A stretch of DNA of 64,000 nt from contig CAVYYE010000003.1 of the NCBI GenBank assembly GCA_963772655.1, positions 2,737,341 to 2,801,340 of the forward strand, given 5' to 3'. Origin of the DNA: an uncultured delta proteobacterium (lineage in GTDB: Bacteria; Myxococcota_A; Polyangia; Haliangiales; Haliangiaceae). This document shows positions 49,386 to 58,956 of the stretch, piece after piece; the stretch's first letter is position 1, and each line of letters opens with the position of its first letter. A model generated the notes under the pieces. It did not search any database. It saw only the letters and a program-made list of their open reading frames with translations, and was not told the origin of the DNA. Position numbers and translations under genes: made by a program.

Positions 49386-50939
49386 ATGGGCTTTGCGAAA
49401 CCAGCTCCGAATTCCGCCGACGTGGGCCTCGTCGGCCTCGCCGTCATGGGCCAGAACCTGGTCCTCAACATGGCCGACCACGGCTTCAAGGTGGCGGTCT
49501 ACAACCGCACCACCGCGACCACTCAGAAGTTCATCGATGACAATCCGCCGAAGGTGTTCGGCGATACCGGTGGCTCGCTGATCCCCGGCGCGACGATCGA
49601 AGACTTCGTCGCCTCGATCAAACGTCCGCGTCGCATCGTCATCCTCGTCAAGGCCGGCAAGGCCACCGACGCCGTGATCGACTCGCTGGTTCCGCACCTC
49701 GAGAAGGGCGACGTGGTCGTCGACGGCGGCAACGCCCTCTACACCGACACGATCCGCCGCGAGAAGGCGCTCAACGAGAAGGGGCTCTTGTTCGTCGGCT
49801 CCGGCGTGTCCGGCGGCGAAGAAGGTGCGCGATTCGGCCCGTCGCTGATGCCGGGCGGTGCCAAGGAAGCCTGGGAGATCCTCAAGCCCGTGTGGGTCGC
49901 GTGTGCGGCCAAGGTCGACGAGAAGACCGGCAAGCCCCTCGAGGGCGCCGCGCCGGCCAAGCCGGTCAAGGGTGGCGTGCCGTGCACGACGTACATCGGG
50001 CCGAACGGCGCCGGTCACTACGTCAAGATGGTGCACAACGGCATCGAGTACGGCGACATGCAGCTGATCTGCGAGGCCTACTCGATCCTCCGTCACTCGC
50101 TCGGCAAGAGCCCCGAGGAGATTTCGAAGATCATGAAGGAGTGGAACCAGGGCGACCTGGATTCGTTCCTGATCGAGATCTCGTCGGACGTGCTCCAGCA
50201 GAAGGATCCGGTCACTGGCAAGCCGTTCGTCGACGTCGTGCTCGACGCCGCCGGACAGAAGGGCACCGGCAAGTGGACCAGCGTGAACGCGCTCGACATC
50301 GGCATCCCGGCCGCGTCGGTCGCCGAGGCCGTGTTCGCGCGTCTGATCTCGAGTCAGAAGGAGGAGCGCGTGCGCGCCTCCAAGAAGCTCAAGGGGCCGC
50401 AGTCGCCGCTCGGTAAGGGCATCGAGATCACCGTCGACGCTGTTCGCGACGCGCTGTACTGCAGCAAGCTGTGCTGCTACGCGCAGGGCTTCGAGCTCTA
50501 CGCGCAGGCCTCGAAGGACTACGACTGGAACCTCAACCTGGCGGCGATCGCGCAGATCTTCCGCGGCGGTTGCATCATCCGCGCGCGGTTCCTGCAGAAG
50601 ATCACGGAGGCGTTCGAGAAGGACGCCAACCTCGACAACCTGCTCGTCGATCCGTACTTCTCGGGTCAGGTGCACAAGCTGCAGGACAACTGGCGTCGGG
50701 TCGTCGCGCGCGCCGCGCTCGACGGTACGCCGGTGCCGGTGTTCTCGAGCGCGCTGTCGTACTACGACAGCTACCGTGCCGAGACGCTGCCCGCGAACCT
50801 GCTCCAGGCGCAGCGCGACTTCTTCGGCGCGCACACCTACGAGCGTGTCGACCAGCCGCGGGGCGAGTTCTTCCACATCGACTGGCCGGATCCGAAGCGC
50901 CCGCAGCTCAAGGTCAGCGAGATGGGCATGTCTCGCTGA
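49386..50939 (+). CDS. gnd: 6-phosphogluconate dehydrogenase, decarboxylating (NADP+).
   Basis: The N-terminal Rossmann fold is [22 protein letters not shown]. Conserved Gnd blocks GGNALYTDT and [17 protein letters not shown] are present. The protein is 517 aa. Confidence 0.9.
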   Translation: MGFAKPAPNSADVGLVGLAVMGQNLVLNMADHGFKVAVYNRTTATTQKFIDDNPPKVFGDTGGSLIPGATIEDFVASIKRPRRIVILVKAGKATDAVIDSLVPHLEKGDVVVDGGNALYTDTIRREKALNEKGLLFVGSGVSGGEEGARFGPSLMPGGAKEAWEILKPVWVACAAKVDEKTGKPLEGAAPAKPVKGGVPCTTYIGPNGAGHYVKMVHNGIEYGDMQLICEAYSILRHSLGKSPEEISKIMKEWNQGDLDSFLIEISSDVLQQKDPVTGKPFVDVVLDAAGQKGTGKWTSVNALDIGIPAASVAEAVFARLISSQKEERVRASKKLKGPQSPLGKGIEITVDAVRDALYCSKLCCYAQGFELYAQASKDYDWNLNLAAIAQIFRGGCIIRARFLQKITEAFEKDANLDNLLVDPYFSGQVHKLQDNWRRVVARAALDGTPVPVFSSALSYYDSYRAETLPANLLQAQRDFFGAHTYERVDQPRGEFFHIDWPDPKRPQLKVSEMGMSR

Positions 50940-51082
50940 GGCGAGACAACCCACCTGTCGACGGCGCACGACCACACTGTGCGCCATGTAAGCCGACCCG
51001 GTGTCTGGCCCTCGGTCGCGAGGGCTATGACCGTGGGCTATGATCGACACGCGACGGGAATGCTTCCTGTCGTGGTGTCGGC

Positions 51083-52669
51083 ATGGCCAAGATGATCCCG
51101 TTCCCCGGCGCCTTCCAGGGCGACGACGAACGCACCGTGATGTTGCCGGCCGCGCGGCTCGCGCTGCTGGCCACCGCCGGTCCGCTCGCGGGGCACCGGT
51201 TCGCGTTCGAAGGGGAAGCGCTCACGCTCGGCCGCAGCACCGACAACAGCGTCACGATCCCGAGCGCCGGCGTGTCGCGCAAGCACGCGCGGATCGAGTA
51301 CGCGAACGGCGGCTACTGGCTGATGCCGGAGAACACCGTCAACGGATCGCGGGTCAACGGCGAGCTCGTCACCGAGCCGCGCCAGCTCGCGGATCGAGAC
51401 CAGGTCGCGATCGGCGACTCGACGTTCGTCGTCGATTGCCCGGACCCCAACAAGGATGCCGAGCTCGATCAGGTACTCGGCGAGATCGCGCCACCACCGG
51501 CGCCGACCCAGACGCCGATGCCGATGCCGAGCTACCCGCAGCTCGCCGAGATGGCGCAGCGACCGACGATGCCGCAGATGTCGAGGGAGAGCCGCGCCAG
51601 CCTCCCGGTCATGCACGCGATGTCGGCGCGGATGTCGGCGCCGCAGATCGCCGCGCCACCGCCACGCCGCCGGACCAAGCTGTGGGTCGGTGGCTTCGTC
51701 GGCCTCGTGGTGATCGCGGTGGTGATCGCCGCGGTCACGGCTCCGGCGACCGAGCCGGCAGAGGAAACGCGAGGATCGGGTTCGGTCGAGCCGCTCGCCA
51801 CGACGATGCCGTCACCCGACAAGGCAACCGACCAGGCGGCCCGCGCGACGCCCGGCAAGAGGGCGGTCGATCCGAAACCCGACACCTCCCATCGCGATGT
51901 CGATCACGCGGGCGCCGAGGTTGCGAGTGCCGTCGACGACAAGCCCACCGGCGACAAGCCCACCGGCGACAAGCCCACCGGTGACAAGCCCACCGGTGAC
52001 AAGCCCACCGGTGACAAGCCCACCGGTGACAAGCCAGCGTCCACCGACACCGCCGACGCCGACAGCTCCAAGGCGTCGTCCGACACCACGGCCGGCACCG
52101 ACACGGCCGCCGATGCCGCGACCGGCGTGCTCGCGATCGACACCACACCGATCCGCGCGGGCGAACGCGGCTCGATCGTCGACGTCCTGCGTGTTCACGC
52201 CAGGGTCAAGCGCGGCGGCGCGATCGCGCACTACCGTGTCATGACCGCGGCCGTGACGCGGGCGTGGACGCGGCTGCGCGTCATGCAGCGCAAGTACGGC
52301 CACTCCGAGGAGTACGCCGACTTCATCGAGCAAGCGCGCGTGAGCTACCGGCGCGCACTGGCGCGACGGCCGAAACACGCGGTGACCGCGCCGGCGGCCG
52401 GCACGATCGCGAAGGTGAAAACGCGTCGCGGTCGCGATGTCACCGCCGCGTCGGTGGTCGCCGAGCTCGCGGTCGCGCGACTCACGGTTCCGGCCGCGAT
52501 CGTCGAGGGCAAGGGAACCAAGTGCACCGTCCAGCTGGCGTCGGGGAAGGTGACGGGGAGGCTGCTCCCCGTCGGGGCGAACGAGCGCACGCTCGAGCTC
52601 GACCGGATCCCGACCGGAGCCTCGCCGGGCAAGCTCGGCAAGGTCCGCGTCCACTGCGCGGGCGACTAG
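51083..52669 (+). CDS. FHA-domain protein with one TM segment, a 6x DKPTG repeat and a C-terminal domain.
   Basis: The FHA core is LTLGRSTDNSVTIPSAGVSRKHARIEYANGGYWL. The TM helix is LWVGGFVGLVVIAVVIAAV. The 15-bp repeats encoding DKPTG lie at about 51940..52030. Confidence 0.7.
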   Translation: MAKMIPFPGAFQGDDERTVMLPAARLALLATAGPLAGHRFAFEGEALTLGRSTDNSVTIPSAGVSRKHARIEYANGGYWLMPENTVNGSRVNGELVTEPRQLADRDQVAIGDSTFVVDCPDPNKDAELDQVLGEIAPPPAPTQTPMPMPSYPQLAEMAQRPTMPQMSRESRASLPVMHAMSARMSAPQIAAPPPRRRTKLWVGGFVGLVVIAVVIAAVTAPATEPAEETRGSGSVEPLATTMPSPDKATDQAARATPGKRAVDPKPDTSHRDVDHAGAEVASAVDDKPTGDKPTGDKPTGDKPTGDKPTGDKPTGDKPASTDTADADSSKASSDTTAGTDTAADAATGVLAIDTTPIRAGERGSIVDVLRVHARVKRGGAIAHYRVMTAAVTRAWTRLRVMQRKYGHSEEYADFIEQARVSYRRALARRPKHAVTAPAAGTIAKVKTRRGRDVTAASVVAELAVARLTVPAAIVEGKGTKCTVQLASGKVTGRLLPVGANERTLELDRIPTGASPGKLGKVRVHCAGD

Positions 52670-52672
52670 CGG

Positions 52673-54709
52673 GTGAGCCGTCGCGTATCGATCCTCGCGA
52701 TGGCGATCGCGCTCGCCGCGGCGACAGGGCACGCGCATGCCGACGATGACGACGACGCGAAGGCCGACAAGGCCGACAAGGCCGACGAGGCCGGAACCGC
52801 CGACAAGTCCGATGACACGTCCGGTGACGACACCTCCGGCGACGACAGCGACGCCGCGCCGAAGGAGCCGGCCGCGGTCGCGGTGTTCGACCTCCGACCG
52901 GTGCGTTCGAACGGCCAGACCAATCTCGCCAAGCTGCGCGAGGCCGTCAAGCTCTCGGCCGCGTTGCGCGCCCGCCTGAAAGAGCTGACCGAGGCGCGCG
53001 TGGCGCCGCTCGACGAGGTCAAGAAGATCCTCGGTCGCCTCTATCGTGTCCGAGCGTTCGACTGTCGCGAGAGCCCGGCGTGCCTGCAGCGCATGATGCG
53101 CCAGCTGTATCGCGCACACATCGGACGCGTCGTGCTCGGAACCTACGAGGTGGTCAACGATCGCGTGCAGCTGACGCTCCAGGGTGTCGACACCAAGTCC
53201 GGCGCGTTCACCAAGGTCAAGCTGTTCGAGACCAAGCGTGGAGGCGAGCTCGACGAGGATGCCGCCGGCGAGGTCATGACGGCCGTCGCCGACATGGACC
53301 ACGAGCCCGAGGAGACGGTCGACGACGGCAGCGACCAGACCGACGTGCTCGCGCCGCTGCCACCGCCACCGCCACCCGAGATCCCCGATCGGATCCTGCT
53401 ACTCGGTTGGGCGCGCTCGCACACGGCGATCGGTCTCGCCAAGCAATCCAACGACCCCCTCGACCCGCCGTACGACCGCACGACCTCGCGCCAGCAGCTC
53501 TACCTGTCGGCGCGCTACCAGCGCGCGAAGAAGTTCGCCGCCACCGCGTCGGGATTGCTCGAGTGGAGCCTGTTCGATCACCGCTCGGCCTTCGAGGCCA
53601 CCGTGCGCGAGCTCTACGTCGGTGCGTTCTACAACCACGTCGATCTGCGCATCGGCAACCAGCGGATCCCGTGGGGCAAGGGCGACGCGATCAGCCCCAA
53701 CGACATCCTGAACCCGCGCGAGCTTCGCGATCCGGTGCTCACCGATCCCGAGCTCCGCCGGATCCCGACGTTCGCCGCGCGCGCCGATCTCAACTCCGGC
53801 AACCACGCGCTGCAGCTCGTGGTGCAACCGTTCTTCCAGCCCGGGCGCTACGACCTCTACGGCTCGAACTGGAGCGAGATCCAGCCGTCGTCGCCGGAGC
53901 CGTATCGCGGGTTCTTCCGCCTGCTGTCGCAGCTGTTCGATCCCACGCTGCACGATCAGGTCCAGCAGCTGTTCGCGCAGACCAGCCTGCCGAGGACACC
54001 GAGTGCGGGCGCGCGCTACACGTTCACGGGCCACGGCCTCGACGCCAGCGCGTACTACCACTTCGGCTACGGCGACACGCCCGTGGTCACGCTCGACCCC
54101 GACTTCGCGGCCGCGATCTCGCAGATCGACTGGGCGAACGCCACACCTTCGACGCTGTCGCCCGTGCTCGACCTGCTCGACGCCGGCAAGAAGCCATTCA
54201 CCGCCGACTTCGTGCGCCGCCATCACGTCGGGGTCGATGGGGTCACCACGGTCGGCTCGTTCGCGATCAAGCTCGACGCCGCGTACGAGACCCGCCGCGT
54301 GTTCTACCGGCCGGATCTGGTGTCGTTCACGAGTCCGTCGATCCAGGCGGTGACCAGCATCGAGTACCAGAGCGGCGAGCTCGGTAAGCTGGTGCTCGTC
54401 GAGGGCATCTACCAGCGGATCCTCGACCCGTTGCCGGCCGAAGGGCTGCTCGGGTACCAGCAGGACACGGCCGGCGTCGCGCTGGTCGCGCGGTGGACGG
54501 TGTTCGACGTCATCGAGGGCGAGGTGCGCGCGGTCGCGGTGGCGGCGCCGAGCTCGACGGTCCTGCAGCCGCAGATCGCGTACAAGCCCCGCTCGGGCAA
54601 CCTGACGCTCGCGATCGGCGGGCTGTTGATGCGTGGCGAGCCGACCAGCGTCGGCGACTACTACGGCCGCAACGACTACGTGTACGGCCTGTTCAAGTAC
54701 TCGCTCTGA
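52673..54709 (+). CDS. Hypothetical secreted protein, possibly an outer-membrane beta-barrel (DUF1302-like), with an acidic low-complexity N-terminal region.
   Basis: The GTG start lies 1 codon after the FHA stop. The signal peptide is ILAMAIALAAATGHAHA. The C-terminus ...DYVYGLFKYSL is consistent with a beta-barrel terminal strand. The domain assignment is tentative. Confidence 0.5.
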   Translation: MSRRVSILAMAIALAAATGHAHADDDDDAKADKADKADEAGTADKSDDTSGDDTSGDDSDAAPKEPAAVAVFDLRPVRSNGQTNLAKLREAVKLSAALRARLKELTEARVAPLDEVKKILGRLYRVRAFDCRESPACLQRMMRQLYRAHIGRVVLGTYEVVNDRVQLTLQGVDTKSGAFTKVKLFETKRGGELDEDAAGEVMTAVADMDHEPEETVDDGSDQTDVLAPLPPPPPPEIPDRILLLGWARSHTAIGLAKQSNDPLDPPYDRTTSRQQLYLSARYQRAKKFAATASGLLEWSLFDHRSAFEATVRELYVGAFYNHVDLRIGNQRIPWGKGDAISPNDILNPRELRDPVLTDPELRRIPTFAARADLNSGNHALQLVVQPFFQPGRYDLYGSNWSEIQPSSPEPYRGFFRLLSQLFDPTLHDQVQQLFAQTSLPRTPSAGARYTFTGHGLDASAYYHFGYGDTPVVTLDPDFAAAISQIDWANATPSTLSPVLDLLDAGKKPFTADFVRRHHVGVDGVTTVGSFAIKLDAAYETRRVFYRPDLVSFTSPSIQAVTSIEYQSGELGKLVLVEGIYQRILDPLPAEGLLGYQQDTAGVALVARWTVFDVIEGEVRAVAVAAPSSTVLQPQIAYKPRSGNLTLAIGGLLMRGEPTSVGDYYGRNDYVYGLFKYSL

Positions 54710-55866
54710 GGTGCGCTCCGAGATGCGCTCCGAGGTGCGCGAGTCGCTCCGCGATGCGGCGCGCATCGGCGGAGATCTCGCGCAGGCTGCCGGTGACGCC
54801 GCTGGTGTAGCCGAGGAAGAACAGGTCTGGGGTCGACGGCGGCGGTGCCGCGCCGTGCGTGATCGGCCAGCCCCGGTCGTCGAGCACGCCGAGGTGACCG
54901 ACCATCGGCTCGAGTGCCGGCGAGAACCCGGTCGCGGCGATCACCGCATCGACGGCGAGTCGCTTGCCTTCGGCAAGCTCGACCCCCGTCGGCTTCGAAC
55001 CGCTGGATCTCCGGCACCACGCGCACGCGGCCCGCGCGGATCGCCGCCACGATGCCGACGTCGAGGATCGGAAGCACGCGCTCGGTCAACGCGCGCACGT
55101 ACGGTCCGCGCGCCGGCATCGGCAATCCGAAGGCGTCGAGATCGCCGACGGTGAACCGCCGGAACACCCGGATCACGCGGTCGACGAGCTGTGGCGGCAA
55201 CGCTTCGAGCGCCACGCCCACGCCCTGTACCGGGATGCCGTAGAGATCGCGACGCAGGATCGTCGGCGGTGTCCGTACCGACCACCATACGGTCGCGCCG
55301 TGATCGGCGAGATCGGTCGCGATCTCGGCGCCGCTGTTCCCGGTCCCGACGACGATCACGCGCTTGCCGCGATACGGCTCGCCGTTCTTGAACCGGCTCG
55401 AGTGCGCGAGCTCGCCGGCAAACTGCTCGGTGCCGGGCCAGGTCGGCGTCCGCGGCACGTTGTTGTAGCCGGTCGCGACGATCACGTGGCGGGCCTCGAT
55501 CGGTCCGCGCGAGGTCTCGACGCGAAAGCCGCCGCGGTCGTCCGTGCGCGCGACGCGGTCGATCCGCGCGACCGAGGTGCCGGCCTCGACGGAGATCCGA
55601 TGGTGGGCCGCGTACAACTCCTGGTAGCGCGCGAAGTCATCGCGAGACACCCAGCGACCGAACCGCGGCGGGATCTCGAGCCCCGGCAGCGACGACATCC
55701 TTCGCGTCGTGTGGAGCCGCAGGCGATCGTAGTGACCGCGCCACCGCGTCCCGATCGCCGGGCTCTGTTCGAGCACGCGCGGTGTAAAGCCGAGGCGCTT
55801 CACGCACGCCGCGGCGGCGAGTCCCGCCGGGCCACCACCGACGATCGCCACGACCTCGCGACTCAC
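54693..55866 (-). CDS. Flavin-containing monooxygenase (FMO/NAD(P)-binding oxidoreductase). The reading frame is broken by a 1-nt frameshift at a GGGGG (ccccc on the plus strand) run near 54984..54988.
   Basis: The FAD site is VAIVGGGPAGLAAAAC and the NADPH site is VIVVGTGNSGAEIA. The C-terminal ATGFSPALEP...FLGYTSGVTG continues in shifted ORF 54693..54944. Removing one G restores ...FEADGVELAEGKRLAVDAVIAATGF. Confidence 0.7.
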
Positions 55867-55868
55867 GC

Positions 55869-56642
55869 CTAGAGCTTCTCGAGGTTGCGAACCGTGAACC
55901 CGTCGGCCGCCGGCTTCTTGGACGTCATCTTGTCGAGGAACAGGTCGGTCGTGTGCTTCTCGCGGTGGTTCGTGATCCGACCCTTGCTGTCGTACCAGTG
56001 ACCGTCGACGCGCTTCATCTCCGACGCCTGGTAGGTCTTCAGCAGCGTCTTCGCCTTGTCGTACATCTCCCACTTGAACACGAGGAAGTTGTCGGTCCTC
56101 ACCCAGACCAGGAACCGCGAGTACAGCGAGTCGGAGCGCGTCGGCTTGACCTCGAGCTTGTAGTACTTGTGCTTGCCGATCTTCTCGGTGCCGAGCAGCT
56201 TGGCCTTGCTCTCGCGGAGGTCGCGGAGGTCGAGATCGGCGTACGAGAAGTCGGTCCCGACGAACGAGTTGTTGCGCAGTGCGCCGGCGATCCGCCGCGA
56301 CTTCTTGAGATCCGGTAGGTACAGGAAGCGATCGTCGTCGCCGTCGTCGCGCATCGTCTGCAAGAATCCGACGCCCGCCATGTCGGATGGCTTGGAGAAC
56401 CGCGTCATCGTCTTCGACAGGCCCGGCTTGTAGCGCAGCCGGTCCATGTGGAACACGAGCACGCGCTGGTGGTTCTTGCGGTCGCGCAACACGGCGCGTC
56501 CCTCGAGCTGGCAGTTCATCATCCCGAAGGGATCGCGATCGACCACCTTGTCGACGATCTGGCGCGCGGTGAGCTTGTCGGCGGCTGCCGGTGCGACCGC
56601 CACGAACAGGAGCGCGAGCACTCCGAACAGCTGAGTCCTCAT
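55869..56642 (-). CDS. Outer-membrane lipoprotein-sorting protein (LolA-like, PF17131), partner of the MMPL transporter.
   Basis: The signal peptide is VLALLFVAVAPAAA. The protein is 257 aa. It lies immediately downstream of the MMPL gene with an ATGA overlap. Confidence 0.6.
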   Translation of the reverse strand: MRTQLFGVLALLFVAVAPAAADKLTARQIVDKVVDRDPFGMMNCQLEGRAVLRDRKNHQRVLVFHMDRLRYKPGLSKTMTRFSKPSDMAGVGFLQTMRDDGDDDRFLYLPDLKKSRRIAGALRNNSFVGTDFSYADLDLRDLRESKAKLLGTEKIGKHKYYKLEVKPTRSDSLYSRFLVWVRTDNFLVFKWEMYDKAKTLLKTYQASEMKRVDGHWYDSKGRITNHREKHTTDLFLDKMTSKKPAADGFTVRNLEKL

Positions 56643-58954
56643 GGTCCCCCCACCGTATCAACGGGTTGACGACGTTTCCACCCGAACCACATCCGAGCGA
56701 GCGTCGTGGTGTAGAGCATGTCGGAGACGAGCCCGACGAGCAGCGTATTCATCGCGAGGACGCCGAACACGCGCAGGTCCGGGAACCGCGACACCGTGAA
56801 GATCGCGAACCCGATCGACAGGATGACGGCGGTGAATACCGCAGGTGGACCTACCTCTCGCATGCTGGCCTCGATGATGTCGTCGGGGTCGGCGTCGGGC
56901 TCGGCGGCGCGGCGCTGCTGGACACGCGCGAGGAACTGGATCGACGTGTTGAACAGCCCGCCGATCGACACGCTGAGGAACAGCACCGTCCCGATCCGCA
57001 GCGTGATGCCCGCGGCCGCGATCAACAAGAAGCACGTGATCACCGGCATCAGGTTCGGGATCACGCTGATCGCCGCCGCACGGATCGAGCGCAGGATCAC
57101 CGCGACCAGGAGCACCACGAGTCCGAACGCGAGTGCGAAGCCCCAGATCATGTCGCCGACCAGCGGATCCAGGACGTCGAAGCCGGCCGGATTCTCCTCG
57201 GTCATGTGGACCGTCACGCCGAGCGGTTCGAGCTCGCGGTGCGCGACCGCCATCACCGCGTCCCGCATCGGCCGCCACTCGGCGGTGCCGTGATCGAGGG
57301 TGAAGATCATCACGCTCGATCTCGCGTAGTCCTCGGACACCAGCCGCGCGCGATCGCCGGGGTCGAGCATCTGGAGGTACTGCGCGGACAGGTTCGCCGA
57401 CTTCGGGATCCGGCGTTCCTTCGGATCGCCCTCCATGAACGCGCGGTTCATCTCGGCGACCACGTCGGCGAGAGACACGGTCACCGTGACCACCGGGAAC
57501 TTCGCGGCGGTCTGCTCGATGTCCTCGATCGCCTTCAGCGTGCGCGGATCCTTCATCACGTCGTCGGGCCCCTCGAGGAATAGCCCGCTGCGGATCACGC
57601 CGGAGAACTCGCGCTCGAGGAACCGGATGTCGTCGTCGGTCTGTCCCGGCGGGAGAATGCGCGTGTAGAACAGCGATACCGTCTGGGTTCGCCCGAACAC
57701 GACGCCGGCGGCGATGATCGCGATGATCGAGACCACGATCCCCCGCCGGTGTCGCTTCGACCACCGCCAGGTCGCGGCGAGGGCGCGGTCGACCCGCTGC
57801 GCCAGCCGATCCGTCTTCGTGATCGGAGGCTCCGGCAACATCGCCAGCAGGATCGGCAGCACGATCAACGTGGTCACGAACGCGAGCACCACCCCGATCG
57901 CCATCACCTCGCCGAACGCGACGATCATCGGGAGGTCGAGCGTGCCGAATGCCGCGAACCCGACGGCCGTGGTGATCGACGTCAGGAAGCAAGGCAGGCC
58001 GAGCTCGCGGTAGGTCGCGATGATCGCGGATTCCTTGTCGAGCCCGGTCGCCAGCTTGTCGATGTAGCGGCGCAACACGAAGATCGGATCGACGGCGCCA
58101 TAGACCAGCAGCGTCGCCGGGATCGTCGAGGCCACCATGTCGACCGGGCGGCCGAACAACGGGTACAGGCCAGCTGTCCACAACGCCGCGATCGATAGCG
58201 CGATCACCGGCAGCACGATGCCGTGCATGCAACGAAACGCGAGGAACAGCGCGAGCACGATCAGGAAGATCGCGATCGGCGTGAACACCTTCTGGTCGAA
58301 CAGCAACGCGTCCGAGGCCTCGACCTCGAGCACCGGGGCGCCGGTGATCCGCACCGAGATTCCGTCCGGCGGCGGATGCGCCGCGACCGCTGCGCGCGCG
58401 ACCGCCACGACGTCGCGCAGGTCCTCGAGCGAGCTCGATGTCGGTGGCACCGCGAGCTGCGCGGCGATCACCGTCGCCTTCGAATCGTCGGCCACCAGCA
58501 CGCGTCGCAACAGGACGCTGTCGTGTGCGACCCGGCGCGCGCGATCGGCCTCCGCTTTGGTTTTCGGGATCTCGGGCAGGAGTAACCCGACGTCGACGCT
58601 GTCCTTCTCCCATCGCGTGGCGCGCGCGTTGATCAGGCTGCGGACGTGCGAGAACAGCTTGCTCGGCTCGAGCGCACGCGTCAGCGTGGTGACGTACGTG
58701 AGCGTCTTCGCGTCGAACACGTCGTCGCTCTCGACCACCACGGCGACGAACCCGGCCGGATCCTCGAAGTAGTCATGGTAACGATCGATCGTCGCGACCT
58801 CGGGGTTACCGGGAAAATCGAAGAAGTCGCGAAACGCGAACCGGATCTCGATGTTGCGAGCGGAGTACACGGCCACCGCGCTGGCGAGCAGGATCACGAG
58901 CAGCACGAACCGTCGCCACTTCAGGATCCATCTGACGATGTGCGCCGCGATCAC
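56639..58954 (-). CDS. MMPL/RND-superfamily transporter.
   Basis: The protein is 771 aa. It has 12 predicted TM segments in two 6-TM bundles with large periplasmic loops. The N-terminus is MIAAHIVRWILKWRRFVLLVILLAS. Confidence 0.75.
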   Translation of the reverse strand: MIAAHIVRWILKWRRFVLLVILLASAVAVYSARNIEIRFAFRDFFDFPGNPEVATIDRYHDYFEDPAGFVAVVVESDDVFDAKTLTYVTTLTRALEPSKLFSHVRSLINARATRWEKDSVDVGLLLPEIPKTKAEADRARRVAHDSVLLRRVLVADDSKATVIAAQLAVPPTSSSLEDLRDVVAVARAAVAAHPPPDGISVRITGAPVLEVEASDALLFDQKVFTPIAIFLIVLALFLAFRCMHGIVLPVIALSIAALWTAGLYPLFGRPVDMVASTIPATLLVYGAVDPIFVLRRYIDKLATGLDKESAIIATYRELGLPCFLTSITTAVGFAAFGTLDLPMIVAFGEVMAIGVVLAFVTTLIVLPILLAMLPEPPITKTDRLAQRVDRALAATWRWSKRHRRGIVVSIIAIIAAGVVFGRTQTVSLFYTRILPPGQTDDDIRFLEREFSGVIRSGLFLEGPDDVMKDPRTLKAIEDIEQTAAKFPVVTVTVSLADVVAEMNRAFMEGDPKERRIPKSANLSAQYLQMLDPGDRARLVSEDYARSSVMIFTLDHGTAEWRPMRDAVMAVAHRELEPLGVTVHMTEENPAGFDVLDPLVGDMIWGFALAFGLVVLLVAVILRSIRAAAISVIPNLMPVITCFLLIAAAGITLRIGTVLFLSVSIGGLFNTSIQFLARVQQRRAAEPDADPDDIIEASMREVGPPAVFTAVILSIGFAIFTVSRFPDLRVFGVLAMNTLLVGLVSDMLYTTTLARMWFGWKRRQPVDTVGGP

Positions 58955-58956
58955 GG

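Noticed and set aside
49149-51050. 633-aa minus-strand ORF overlapping gnd.
   Set aside because: It is the antisense shadow of a highly conserved gnd coding sequence, and its translation is Arg/Leu-rich with no motifs.
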